Positions 40,085 through 53,748 of a stretch of DNA of 64,000 bases are shown here, one piece after another (position 1 is the stretch's first letter; each line of letters opens with the position of its first letter). The position numbers and the translations under genes were made by a program. The stretch comes from Eledone cirrhosa (lineage: Eukaryota). The notes below the pieces were generated by a model. The model did no database searches. It had not been told where the DNA came from and saw only the letters and a list, made by a program, of their open reading frames with translations. The stretch spans positions 215,884,001 through 215,948,000 of the forward strand of contig OZ024742.1 in assembly GCA_964016885.1 (NCBI GenBank). The letters are read 5' to 3'.

Positions 40085-41680
40085 TAGTAAAAAATTGAAC
40101 GGGAACAAAACAGAGAGGCAGTACGAACAAAGGTTTATTAGTTTCACGCTCTTGAAAGTGGGTGGTGGTGGGGAACGACGTTTCGGGCATAAGCCCTTCT
40201 TCAGGTGAAAAGTGTGTGGGAAGAGAGTTCAAAGGGTGTGTAGGGGAGTGGTGGAGAGACATATAGAAAAAAGGGGGTGAGAGGAAACGGTGCAAATGAA
40301 ATTAAATATAAAAGCATGATAAAAATAAAAATAAACATGGAGTAAAACAGGTGGTGGAAGGGTGTGGGGCGTGTAAGGGTGGTGGCGGGTGGATTGGGGT
40401 GAGGGAGGCGGGGTGCCCGAGCGGGGAGGGCTGAAGGTGGTGTGTGTGTGTAGGTGCACGTGTGTGTGTGTGTGTGTGTGTGTGTATGTTATAGTAAGAG
40501 TTGGGGGAAGAACGGGGTTGCATGTTCAGGAAGAGGTTTCTGTGGGGTGGGGTGTAGGTCCGAGTGTGTGTGCGTGTGTGGACGGGGAGGGGTCAGAGAG
40601 GTGGGGGGAGAGGATTCCGGAGGCTGAGTGTGTAAATATGTGGTGGTACGCACGTGTGTGTGTGATGTTTATGCGTGATTGTGGATGTATGTGGCGTGTG
40701 GGAAAAAAAAGATTGTTGAGTGTATGTCAGTGGGTGAGTCCTTAAGGTAGTTCCGTAGAGGATGTGGTGGAATGCTGGGTAATATCCTTGGGATCTGGTG
40801 GATTCTAGGGATCGATGTTCACATATGTGTAATCCGTGAAGAGATTGGTCGGAAGAGGGGAGTTGTGGGGTGCGCGCGCAACAGGAAGTGGTCAGAGGGT
40901 CAAGGCAGGAGGAGGCTTGTGTGTCTGTGGGTGCGGGGAGGTGGTCAGAGATAAGGGCATAGCAGCAGTCGGGTAGAATGGTAAGTGAAGAAAGTCGGTG
41001 TGTCAGTGTGTGCGGAGGTGCGGTGGACAGGGGAGAGGATGGGTAGGTGTGAAAGTTGGAGTGAGGAGGAGGGGGTGTATTAGTAGAGGTGTTAGTGGGA
41101 TGTGTGTGATTGTGAGAAAGGGTGTGGGAGCCGGTGGAGGGAGTGTAGTGTACTGGTGTATGTGTGGGTGTTTGGATGAGTGTGTGTGTGGTGAAGGGGG
41201 TGTTAGTGGATGTTAGTATACTGGAGGTGGGGAAAGGGTTGAGTGGGGGTCAGCGGTGGTAGTGTGTGTAGAGTGGGTGGTGTAAGAGAGTGTGTGTATT
41301 CGTGTGCGTAGGGTAGGGGAGTGTTAGTGATGTTAGTTGCGTGTAGAGTGGGTGGTGTAAGTGGGTGTGTGTGTTCGTGTGCTTGGGGTCAGGGGGTGTT
41401 AGTGATGTTAGTTGCGGGGTGGTGGGGTGGATGTGTGGGGGTGAGGGTTAGTGGTGGTAGTAAGGTGTGTGTTTAGTGTGAGCGCGTGTATATATGTACC
41501 GGTGTGTGTGTGCGTGTGATAAGGAGAGGGGGAGAAGAAGGGAGGGATGTTAATATGTTAGTTGGGGAAGGGTGGTCGGGTGTGGGGTGGAGGTGTTAGT
41601 ATTATTAGCTGTGGGGTGGGCGGTGAAAAGGAGGGGTGTGTTAGTGGTGTTAGTGGGGGATATGTGTGGGGGGATGTTAT
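40085..41680 (-). mobile_element. GT-rich insertion between (TA)n tracts with an HHR near its 3' end; probable non-autonomous PLE derivative
   Basis: Sharp compositional shift bounded by (TA)n; HHR at 40172-40210. Confidence 0.5.
40172..40210 (-). ncRNA. Minimal type I hammerhead ribozyme
   Basis: cac-CTGAAGA-aGGGCttatGCCC-GAAAC-GTC-gtt. Palindromic ACGT stem III; weak stem I. Confidence 0.7.
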
Positions 41681-41694
41681 CCTATATATATATG

Positions 41695-41769
<75 letters not shown>

Positions 41770-41862
41770 GATATATATATAGGATAACAACGTATCGTTC
41801 AAGGTAATCCAGCTGGAGTATATGAGTACTAAATATATATGAGGTCTTAATATAAAATATAT

Positions 41863-41951
<89 letters not shown>

Positions 41952-43235
41952 TGTATGTGTGCGTATGTGTGTGAGTCTGTGTCTCTGTGTGTTTGTGTGT
42001 CTGAGCCAAGGTTGTGTTTATATATAATTAGATGTATATTTATATTGCAGTGTATATAAGTTAGTTGTTGACCATCCCATTGTTTGCACATCTATATAAT
42101 TATACATCTTGTTATGTGTAAGGTTGTTACTTGCCTATCGGCTTCAAAGATTTAAATGATGGCTGTTGTGTCCCACAAACTTTACTCACAAGTTTTAGAA
42201 AATTAACTTCGCCTCTTTCTAAAGTCCCTCCTTCGCTAACGGCTCCGTCTTTTCTTAATTCTTTTCAATTCACTCTCTCGTATCTTAAAGAGTAGATCTA
42301 TTTTTACATATGTTTAGATCCATTCGAGTACGTAGCTTCTTTTATATCTCCAATCCAACCATGCCTTTCCTTATATTTTAGTCAACATGTCTCATACTAC
42401 ATACATTTCGCTACACATATCAAAATATCATATGCCTCTGCTATAACGAATTAGCACTTCTTCTGTAGTTCCATCATTTAGTAGTGTTGTATACACAAGA
42501 ACAATTGCATTTCTGCGGTTACCTATGTTGCTCCGTCATGTAATGAAGTGATGTTGGTGCCCTGGTGGAGGACTCTTCAACTTGATAACGCAAGATGGGG
42601 AAGACTACGTATTAAAGGAAGGGAGGTTGGCTTGATATCGTGTTAACAGACATCATCTTTATAGGCGTATATGTATGGACAAATTAATGCCTTAATTATT
42701 GAGAGCCGAGTGAGATTGATAAAGACATTATGAAATATATTCTATAATGAACTTTATATTTGGCAAAGATTTTAGGAGGTGGACCATAGAGGAATCTATT
42801 TCTTTGTTTATGGGCCAAGGCAAAAAGAAAATAATAATCATACGAATCAATGAAAAGTCTTTTTCTAATTATTTTAGAGCAGGCGTATGTCAATATCACA
42901 TTGGTTAATTATACCGGTGAAATTCATGCATATGTATCAATAAAAGCAGTGAAAATGATCCTTTTGTAGAGGTGCATATCTTAGTGATTAGCTTATAGGG
43001 TTCTATTCTTGGGCCGTGCAATACCTTGTAATTTAAAGCAGTATACTGCATACCACGTTGATATTTTTATAGGGCTTGGCACCGAATCATTAAATCACCC
43101 GAGAATCCTAGGCCAACTAAACTGGCAAATGTGTGAGCTTTAACTACCATTTCATTCTAAATTCAATAGAACAGCACGATAACTTGGGATGGAATAAATA
43201 ACTATAACAACCGATAATATGTTCATCATTCCTTT

Positions 43236-43420
43236 GTCAGTGTTGAACAAAAGGGCAACGATGGTTACCGAACATTGTACGGCTTAATTCGGGCTGTTTG
43301 TTTACAAATAAACCGAACATTATAATAAATGTTCGGTAAACCCATACGTACATATATATATGTGTGCATGTATGTATGTATATACATACTGCTGTACGTC
43401 TGTATGCATATATGTATGTC
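43236..43420 (+). repeat. Dispersed repeat, inverted partner of 53545-53748
   Basis: gtcagtgttgaacaaa..ccgaacattataataaatgttcggtaaacc..ctgtacgtctgtat. Confidence 0.8.
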
Positions 43421-43424
43421 CTAC

Positions 43425-43513
43425 TCGTTCCTATTACCCACTCTACTACCCTAAGTATTGAGTACTTTGGTGCATTATGGTCCACCTGGTTCCTTACCAC
43501 ATTTCCTCCGTTA
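43425..43513 (+). mobile_element. Family B tail-only insertion
   Basis: Nearly identical to 32815-32902 and followed by (TA)n. Confidence 0.85.
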
Positions 43514-43554
43514 TATATATATATATATATATATATAAATATATATAGTATATA

Positions 43555-43658
<104 letters not shown>

Positions 43659-44239
43659 GTGTGTGTGTGTGGTTTTGTGCGTGTGCGTGTGCTCGTGTGT
43701 GTGTGTTAAAATTAAACCACGCTTCATAAGTAAGTTTGTATATTCATATGAGTGAGTATGTGTCTATAAGGTGGGCAAAAATTTTCGCAAGCTATTTCCG
43801 TCTATCTGCTATGTATAGCAAGTAAAATTACTTAGTATACAGTTCCTCGGCATTACTGTTCCATTTCATTGTACTACGGTTAATGTTTGTAGAGAGATAT
43901 GGCTTTTTTTTCACACGTGTTGTGATCGCCTAAGGACACTAGCGGAATTGTTTAGTTCGGTCCTGTACATCGATTAATGTAAATGGAATTATATATCATA
44001 AATATTTTTATATTCCTAATTATTCCATCATATATGACGTATATATGTCTGCTGCGAACAGCAAAGCTTTTCTGTTAGTATTGTCGTTCATACCGATTAA
44101 CAGTTCTTAATATGAAGCCTATTATATAATTTCCTCTCTATTACATCATTCATCTCTTTTCGTTAAATTCTCAAACGTTTTAAATATTTTCATTAATAAC
44201 ATTATTAATTTTCATATTTATTAATATTATTATTATTAT

Positions 44240-45760
44240 CATTGTTTTTCCTTTTCCGTCGGTATTGTTTCCGTTATATGCCGAGTGTCTTCCTGACAAC
44301 TAGAGCAAATAAACTCGCTACATTGGTAAGACAGTTAACACACCAAATTGTTTATAATTTTCAGAGAGATATTGCTCTCCTTAACTACAAGTTATATCCC
44401 ATTTTGACATATCTTGCAGAGTGGGGTAAACCAGGGATCATTCTCAAATACTGTTCTGTTCCTTTTTTTATCTTTCCCAGTACTCCTGCAATTACTGGTA
44501 TTGTAATGGCCTTGAAGTCCCACATTTTTCCAATTTCAATGAGCAGATGTTTATATTTCTTAGTCTTTTACACTGATATCTGGTCTTTTAGCTTTTATCG
44601 TCCGGTCAGTATATACAGGAACTTCCAAAATAATCGTTACTTTTTCTCCTTCAGTTTCATCCTGGTATCACCTGTCAGCAGTTTTGATTTTATAATGCGA
44701 CATATTACCCAGTGTAGATATTGGCCAACTCTGACATGTTTACATCTGTTCTCTACTCGGGCTAAAACTTTACATCCAGTGATTAAGTGGTCCACTATTA
44801 CAACCTCATCATTGAAGAATCGGCACTTTAGATTTACTCCATTTCTCATCACATTAGGCTGGTAATTCCGTTTTAGTAAGCTTTGATATTGAGCAGGTAA
44901 GATGAAGTCTTCGCTCTATGCTTTTAACCCTGAGCTACGTAGCCAATAATGGGTGGGCTTTTGGTTAATATCAGCTTATTTGGTACAAGCCACATATTTG
45001 CCATGCAGTTGCTTCACTCTGATGCAAAATATTCATGCTCTTTTGCTTTTTCGATTAATCGTATATGCTTAGCAGCATCAGTTGTAGTAGTTCCCTTAGT
45101 CTGTCCAACTTGGGTATCAAGCATGAGATCGGTAGCATACTGTTTGCTCTCCTTCAAGATAGAATGACGTTTCTTACCTCTCTCATGTTTTTCAAAGACT
45201 TTCAACATACAGAGGTTTGTTGTTTCAAGGTATTTAGACAGTCCAATAGTGGTGGTCTTGTAGATAAGTTCCAATTGTATCAGGCCACGGCCTCTTCGAA
45301 TTTTACGAAGAAAAAGATGATCCACATCTGCCTTCGGGTGGTGTCTCTATTACAAGTAAGTAACGTACTGATTTTGGTATCGATTCTTTTAATTTCACTT
45401 ATATTCCAATTCAACATATCGAAGCTATAAGTGACAACGACTTGGCTAACACCTCGTTATGAGAATTTAGTTCTGATCTCAGAACTGCGCATACTCTCCT
45501 GTAACATTCCTTCCTTATTCTTTCATACTTGCATTCTCTTTCATACTTGCATGCTGAATGCCAGAACCTTCATTAATCCCTAAGTATTTACAACTTTGTT
45601 CATGCTTGAGATCCTTTATGACTGTTTCAGCATCTAATTCAACTGAGTTTGAGTTGCCAAGCTTCTCTTTCTTGAAAGTGGCTTTAGCAATCTTATCAAT
45701 CCAAATTCCATCCTGATGTCATCGCTAAATGTTTTTACTGTCCGCAAAAGGCCTTAAAAA
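44240..45760 (-). mobile_element. 5'-truncated R4/Dong-like RLE LINE, copy 1
   Basis: RT tail (TVKTFSDDIR, YLGINEG), HPKADVDHLF..GRGLIQLE, decayed zinc knuckle CRFF..DHLITGC, and RLE C-terminus EIGKMWDFKAITIPVIAGVLG. (TAA)n at the 3' end. Confidence 0.85.
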
Positions 45761-45774
45761 TGCAACAGTTGGCT

Positions 45775-46965
45775 TCAAATTTCCAAAACCCTTCTTAGAA
45801 AACTTACTGTTCCCAGCAAGGCTGTTTTCTGCAACAATCCTGTCCTGATACGATTTCCTGGCTTCTCAAGCCATGCATCGAATCTTTTACTAACTCCTTC
45901 TAGTGCGCCGACCATAACTGGTATCGCTTCTGCGTGTCTGATTCTTCGCTGTTTCCTCATTTCTCTCTTCAGCTCCTGGTATTCTTTCAACTTTCTAAAG
46001 TTCTTTCTCAATGACCCTGGGTTCCTCAGTGAAGCAATATCCACAACACATGCTTTGTTATTCTTCCTTTCTATGACAACAATATCAGGCTTTCTAGCCA
46101 CAATGAAATGGTCGCACTTGCTCATGTCCCACAAGATATTATACTGTTTATTTTCAGCAACTCTTTTACAGGTAGTGTTCATACCATTTCTCACTTCTAC
46201 TCATGTCATACTTATGACAGAGCTTCCAATGAACCAATCTGGCAATGTTTTCGGGCCTTTTCTTGTACTATTTTTGGGTAAGCATCTTACATTCACTAAT
46301 AATGTGATTTATTATCTCAACCTTTTCTCTGGAAATTAACTGAATTGTCAATATTGAACTAGATATAGTTCATTCTCAGTGCCTGTCCCTGGCCTGCAAA
46401 GAGAAGGGTCTCTATTTCATCATTTATGTCACATTTACTAGTCCATTCCCAGTATCTACCTATGTCAACTGTCTCAGGCATTTCACGTACGAATTGACTA
46501 CACAATTGTTTTCTTCCATCTATTCAATGTGTCATTCTGTCTATCTTGTTTAAATTCTCTCTTTTCCTTTGCATCATCACTGCTTAGGACCTTTATCTTT
46601 CTTACTCCTGCTATCACACTCTCATTTGAATTTATACCACATCAGATAATTTTCCTCTGACTTCACAAACATTTTACAGCTAATGAGACCTCTTTCTCTG
46701 TCGAAATAGCTATACCGTGTTCACGTCACATTTGGGGTGTAGAACCCCATGTAGTCTCATCCTTTTCCTGTTGTTATTTCTTTTTATCAAGCTCCTTAAG
46801 TTCATCACATCTCCATTCTATCATACTAGTGCTATACCTTAGTACTGCAACAGCCCAAGTGTTGATAGCCAGTATCTTATTCCTGCCACTTAACTTCGTC
46901 TTTAACAGCAACTTCAACGTTTATATTCCTTTCATAATAGATCTTTCATTTCCTTCTCTCCCATT
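45775..46965 (-). mobile_element. 5'-truncated R4/Dong-like RLE LINE, copy 2 (different subfamily)
   Basis: KLSGRNKILAINTWAVAVLRYS..LHPKCDV; ORF 45775-46194 ILWD..RKPDIVV..VVDIA..IPVMVGAL..LQKTALLGT. Confidence 0.87.
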
Positions 46966-46974
46966 TCGCTTGTT

Positions 46975-49540
46975 TCTAGGATGCCTGGTGATTGGAATGG
47001 CATCTTACACTCACGCTGGGATTGTGTGGGAGTAGACCATAAGAGTGGGGGATGCAACAGCCCCAAGTACCTGATCAGCGAGTTCCAACTGTCTGTCAGG
47101 TACAGACTAGATTTCCCTAATCCGCCAGTGTGGACATGGACCTACCGCATAGGGTCATCTAGATTCTTATTAAACAGGATTTTCACTAGGAAAATAGATA
47201 GAAATAGTGTAGGCTGTCCACGTTTTAAAACGGCCGCCTATACAGATCACAAGTTTGTGACCTGCATGGTCGACCTAGATAAGACGCGTAGGTTAGGACC
47301 TGGTTACTGGAAGCTGAACATGTCGTTTCCGGAAGGTAATGCTTGCAGGGACCGAGCAAACTATTTAGTAAAGCAAAAGTTGATAGGGAAGGGCTTCGTC
47401 AACAACAGATGGTGGGAGGCTCTCAAAATTGAGATTACAGTAATTTTGATATGCTTTAGCAAAGAAGTAGCGTTAGAGAAAAATAGAGGGGGAGATAGTA
47501 GCTAATTTAGACGAGGCTATTTGTAATGACATTGCATGTGACGTGCTAGCAGCGAGAATGGCATTAGACCATTTCTTCAATGCGAAACGCAAAGTTTGCA
47601 TTGTCAAAGCTAAAGTTTGCATTGTCAAAGCTAAGGCACGTGCTCTGAGAAACCAGGGAGCCAAAGCTGTTCGTTGGGCCCGCGTGGCAGAGGCGCAGCA
47701 TGATGATAAAACCACAATTCGAAGGGTGCTTCCAGGCAGTTGTATGAGCCATTTCACCACCACTTTGCTCAGTTGTTCGGAGGAAGTGACGGCAGCTAGC
47801 TTCGACCGCGTCTTTAGAAGCTGTACGGCTGGAATACATAGGGGCATCTGCTCGGAGGTCAAAGATATTGACCACCTCAATTCGTCAAGGGGGCCCTCTC
47901 TCCTCCCCTCTCTACGTATTGACTAGATGAGCCTTTACTGCGGAGCTGGAGCTGTTGCAGGGCATCCCACTCGAACGGGGACGCAGAAAGGCTGTGTCGA
48001 ATTATGCGGACGACATCACCGTGATGGTGCCGGACACCTTGGAAATCGAGGCGGTCGGCAACTCATTGGAGGAATATGAAAGGCTGAGAGAGCGAAACTT
48101 AACCGGGAAAAGTCGTTGGGCTTGAAATTTGGCACCGGGAGAACCAAGTGCATGCCATGCAACAGCGTCGTTGGGCGCTGGACGGACGGACCGGAAAAGT
48201 TGATCGGGCCAGACTTCTAGGTGGATAAGAATTGGAATGAGGTGACGGTCTCACCCAGAAATAGACTGCGAGGAAGCTATCACGGAAAGGTCGGTTGGAG
48301 GTGGCGAATGGGCACATCGCATCCGTCAGCTACTACAACCTGACCGTAATGTATTTCCCCCGTCCATGCGGAGCCAATTTGGAACGGCTATTCTTCAAAT
48401 GTTTGTGGAGGGGACAGATTCCGTTGGTGTGGCGGTCCATCTCCTGCCAGCATACTCTGCGCGGAGGGCTGGGTATTCCGCGCCTAATGATGCGCAGACA
48501 TACACCGAGGCAGCTGCCTAAACGGTGAACAAGTGTGGTCGCCGTTTGTCAGAAGTGCCTTTCCGCTTTCCGCAGCTCGTCTCTTCGACTGAGCTACAGT
48601 CCTGCGTCAAGAAGAGACTGAGACTGGCTGAGTGGCATCTGGAATGTTGCCAGGCAATCACTGCCTTCTACCAGGCGGGCAATGCGGTCGGTAGAACTTC
48701 AACTCTCGAGTTCTATAGAAGATTAGTGGTGGGTAAGTGCGACGACGCACTTGGAAAGGCTCTGGGCGTAACTTCCAGAATTCCATTGCTTGGCAGTGCT
48801 ACCGGGGCGCACTGCTGTTTCGAGATAAACTCTACAGGTACAGAAGTGCTGCCCGAGACGCATGCAGAACGACTATACCATTCTGCAGGCACTCGTTCAG
48901 TGTCCGTGCATTACTGACTTGTGGAGTTATGCCGAACAGATGTGTCGCATGTAGAACGGATCCGGCTATCGGCTGAGTGCAGAGTGAAGATCGACCCGCC
49001 GCCTCCTTTTGGCCAGGAACAGCAGGCAATATTCTTCTGTCATGTGGCAGTAGCGAAAGAGGTTGTATAGTGGACTAGGTTGAATGGAAATTAGATAGAC
49101 ACTTTTCTCTATGGTCTTCGGGCAATCCCCCATCTGCTTTTTCAAATTTAACTTGGAAAGGTAGATGAGGCTGGGGAGAGAAGTGCTGCCCCCAGTATAT
49201 TGGCTGAAATCTGGGTGAATGTGGCGAGAATAGCACCTGTGAGTGAGCCTACTCTTATCATGCGCCTGTAAACTGGTGAATTTGTGAAGAAAGCGCGTGC
49301 ACTTCTGGGTGCCCTCTAAGCGTCGGGTGGTTCAGTATTGGTGGGTGTGCCTGAATCAACCCTGGGTGGTTATGCCCCCACTAAAGGAGAATTTTCATTG
49401 TTTTATTTTTCTTGTTTATTGTTATTGTTTTCCTATTTTTTACTCGATTTTTGTGTAAGGGCCCCTCTGTCCCCGTTCTATTGTATTGTCCCCCATATGT
49501 CGGCTCTTGTGTCTCATAAATAAAACTATTATTATTATTT
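46975..49540 (+). mobile_element. Tx1/L1-clade LINE, decayed and internally deleted
   Basis: AP-endonuclease C-terminus GDWN..WTW..TDHKFV..GPGYWKLN; RT QGGPLS..YADDITV; GGLGIP; aataaa followed by an (ATT)n tail. Confidence 0.87.
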
Positions 49541-49639
49541 TTCAAGTTCCACTTAGAAAAGGAGATGAGAGTGGAGAGAGAAATGCTGCCCTCCAGTACA
49601 TTTTTAAAAGGTGGGTGATTATTGCGTGGATGGCCCGTG

Positions 49640-50050
49640 GTTTGGCAGTATATGTAGAGGGTCGGACACCATGCTTTGCATCGTAGAGTTATGGCCCTTA
49701 GTATCTGAGTTCAAATCCCACCGAGGTTAACTTTGCCTCTCATGCTTTCGGAGTCGATAAAATAAAGCACCAGCGATGCACGGAGATTATTGCTGGCTTT
49801 GTACCAAGAGTAGAAATAATTAAAGTAGAAAGAAAGTATTATTATTTAACTATTTATCAAGGGCGGAGGTTTGGCACCATCGGTAGAGGGTCGGACGCCA
49901 TTCTTTGACGCATAGAGTTACGGTCCTTGCCATTCTGAGTTCAAATCCCGCCGAGGTTAACTTTGCCTTTCATCCTCACGGGATCGATGAAATAAAGTAC
50001 CAGTAATGCAATGGGTAATTGCTGGCCTTGTGCCAAAAGTAGAAACAATT
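49640..50050 (+). mobile_element. Two tRNA-derived SINEs; the second (49861-50050) has a 19-bp TSD
   Basis: attatttaactatttatca flanks the second copy on both sides. Confidence 0.9.
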
Positions 50051-50371
50051 ATTTAACTATTTATCACACCTTCATTTGTTTTGCTCTGGGTTTGTTATTT
50101 TATGGAATACTGTGCTACATCTAGTAACCTAATATAACACCACCTTTGTTCTATCAGTCCTTGACATTTCACTAGTGATGGCAGTCCAGAACTCCTCAAT
50201 ATCCGTGTTGTTCCCATTAGATATGTCTTCTAGAGCGGTTCAATCCCTCGTGCAAAGTAAATTTTCGACATGTAGTTTTCAATGTTCTTTGTTACCATGC
50301 CAAGTCACTAATCAACATTGGAACAGTATTTCAAGATATCATACTTTAAGTCGGAGTAAGCCGTTACTTAC

Positions 50372-50518
50372 TCGTCTTTTCGTTCAATTCTTGTATCAAA
50401 AGCACTTGCTGCATATATGAGGGTATAGTTTCTTTCCTTCGCAATTTCGTCAATATCTGGTTTGTTGTGAAGCAGATTTCTCTGTCCATGAATGCATAAG
50501 TTTCTTCGGATATTATAC
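50372..50518 (-). CDS. Candidate 147-bp symmetric exon of an unidentified gene
   Basis: tctcctaacag|G acceptor and GA|gtaagt donor; length is a multiple of 3; two frames are open. Confidence 0.3.
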
Positions 50519-50681
50519 CTGTTAGGAGATTCCACGTCAACGGAAGACATGTCAGAAATTTGAAACTTATTTACTCTTACCCTCATTGTTCAGTATTAAC
50601 CATGTGCATCCTTTTTTCATACACTAGTGTTTTACCAAAACTAAACACTTCATCTAACTGTGAAGTAATTGCTTCATATAG

Positions 50682-50730
<49 letters not shown>

Positions 50731-50758
50731 CAGCAGCAGCAGCACCAGCACCAGTAGC

Positions 50759-50790
<32 letters not shown>

Positions 50791-51702
50791 CACCACCAGC
50801 AGCAGCAGAAGCAGCAGAAGCAGTAGCTGCGGCGGAAATTTGTTTCCTCCTTTTTTTGTCGACTTTATAATCAAGAGGTTAGTCTCCATATCTTTTCACG
50901 GACATAAGTAATTAATTTGTTCTGAATATTAAAAAAAATGTTGACTAACCTAGGTATGTATATGGAATTAACTTGCATTAAATTATAATCGAAGCTGAAT
51001 CATGATGTCTCCGAACCTGGGAGTGTGTCTCTCAATTAAACATTAAAAAAATAATAGTCGGACATAAAATACTGTCGATATTTATGGCCAGAAAGCATTT
51101 GATCATCGGCTTGATCATCATTGCTGAACAGAGCTTGAACACCAACAAGTTCCATAGTACTTACTATACACCGTACGCAATCGGTTATGTAATGACTTAT
51201 TTTTATTCTGTTACTTAACTAAAGTAACATCACTTGAATATATCCTATCTATTACCGGTACACACATTATATGTGCACTGATATGATAGATTTAAATTTG
51301 ATCTGAATAACGATATGATAGATTTCAAATTTGAAATTCGAATAACGATGTATCAATAGGTTTTATAGCTTCTAAGATCACACTGCTCTTCCAGACATCG
51401 TATGATATTACATGATTAAAACAAACATTTTATATTGATTTTCGTTTAATCAAGCAAAACATCACTCTGTGACATATGGGAGGTATGTTGAATAAAACGG
51501 GCGAGATAGTATAATTGGTTTAATTGACACTTGCATCATCTGGTATATATTTTATTGATATTTAGATGGAATGGTAGAGAAATGTGCCCTCGTCATGATT
51601 TGAAAACAGACTGTAGAGACCCGAAAAAATAGTGCGATACATTTAGTCCAGTGACATGACTGGCAAGAACTCATACAAGTTAAACATCATTTATCTTAAA
51701 AT

Positions 51703-51738
<36 letters not shown>

Positions 51739-51749
51739 TAATTTAATAT

Positions 51750-51900
51750 ATCAACTAACATAAGCGCACAGATGCACGCCCATGCCAGCAAATACACAGG
51801 TTATGTCATAGTACCTAGGTGGTTCAATGCAGGAGAATGCAGAACAATAATATAAAGGACGTAAAATAAGAAAATATTTTTTTAAAAAAAATTTAAAAAA
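51750..51900 (+). repeat. Dispersed repeat in (TA)n, inverted partner of 59330-59465
   Basis: gttatgtcatagtacctaggtggttcaatgcagg..gcagaacaat..gacgtaaaataagaaaat. Confidence 0.7.
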
Positions 51901-52127
51901 ATTTAAAAATATATATATATATATATATATCATTTTGTTTGTTACCCTAACGTCCCCTTTATTTACGTGTCCCAACGACTTTTTTTAGCCGTTGTTCGCA
52001 CCAACCTGAGGCATATGGCCCTTAAAGCGATGAAATGCCTGGGACGGTTGAAGGGTCACTGATGAAGGACTCATTTTTTCATATGCACCACCATTTGCAA
52101 CGGGCAGCCATCATTATTATCATATTT

Positions 52128-52197
<70 letters not shown>

Positions 52198-52330
52198 AAC
52201 GAGACATGGACTCTGACTTTTTTCATATTTTCATATTACCCACTCTACTACCCTAAGTTTTCAGTACTCTGGTGCGTTATGGTCCACTCCACCCCACCCG
52301 TCCCTTCAATCTATCTAACTTCTCATTCTT

Positions 52331-52366
52331 TCTTCTGATGAAGGACTAGCGCTCGAAACGTTAAGA
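52331..52366 (+). ncRNA. Minimal type I hammerhead ribozyme
   Basis: tctt-CTGATGA-aggactagcgctc-GAAAC-GTT-aaga. Palindromic AACGTT; stem I 4 bp. Confidence 0.68.
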
Positions 52367-53410
52367 TCCTCTTCCTACCATTTCAAGCATTAAGCTAATA
52401 TATTCCTTCCATATACTGTACCGATTGAGTTGTTATTTCTGTTTACCTTTTACATATATATATATTGTTACTTTTGGAGGGTCATGTTGCCAAATTCAAA
52501 AACAAATTATATATATATATCAAATTATATAAAACTTCATATGTGACGTGAGAATGTTATAAACTTATGGAAATATTTTGATTTTCTATATAATATAATT
52601 AATGCAATACTGTTTAATCCTCAGTGTTTAAGCAGAGCCGGGAGACACACCGACTCTAAAGGTTATGTGGAATTTGATAAGCATAGGCATGATAGATTCA
52701 GCACATTAAAAGAGCTCCAAGGAAATTCAAACTGACACAGATTTGAGAATAAATGATATGCATCGCTCTAAAGGGAGTCGCATATATTAAAACACGTGAA
52801 ACTATTTTAGTGATATGGGAACTATGTGAACTCGTACGGATATATTTGATACATATGTAATACGTTGTGAGGATGAAGATATTTAGTGTTATCACTGACA
52901 AAGCCTACAAGAAATATAGAAGGAGCGAGAATTGAAGTTTACCTCCGGCTTAGCTGTAGACATACAAGTATGTGAATTTCGTTTATCTAAAGTTATATGG
53001 TATGCTTACTAAATAAACATTTTCAAAGTCTAGCAATGAATAATAAAAAGTTGACGGCTACTACCAACAAATGATTCTCGTAGAAGAAACAGGGGACAAC
53101 TGTCTATATGCATTTCAAGCGCTGGCTACAATCAGGAATGTGGTTCAACTGCTCTGTGATGGAACGTGAAACAGGCGAAAATATATTGTACTTTCACCTG
53201 TCTTGATGGGCTGATTAGCCTCATTTCATGTGGAGCTATGTGGCATGTCTTAACTGAAACGTAGAATTAAACTTTAGCTCCGATATAGCTATATACATAC
53301 AAGAATGGGAATTTCGAATATCTAAAGATATACGGTACGTTTAATAGATAAACATGTTGAAGGCCTATATATATATATATAAAATTAAGCATACGGTATA
53401 TTGCCAAATA

Positions 53411-53476
<66 letters not shown>

Positions 53477-53544
53477 AATGGAATAGAATGAAACGAAATT
53501 TCATTTCTCACTCTTAGTACGGCACTTACTTAAATGTAAGCATG

Positions 53545-53748
53545 TATGCATGTATACGTACATACATATATGTATACAGACGTACAGTAGTATGCATATA
53601 TATACATACATGCACACATATATATGCACGTATCGGTTTACCGAACATTTATTATAATGCTCGGTTTGTTTGTAAGCAAACAAACAGCCCGAATTACACC
53701 GTACAGTGTTTAGGCAACCACGTCACCTGTTTGTTCAACACTGACACA
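53545..53748 (-). repeat. Dispersed repeat, inverted partner of 43236-43420
   Basis: Reverse-complement match that includes the microsatellite-like flank. Confidence 0.8.
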
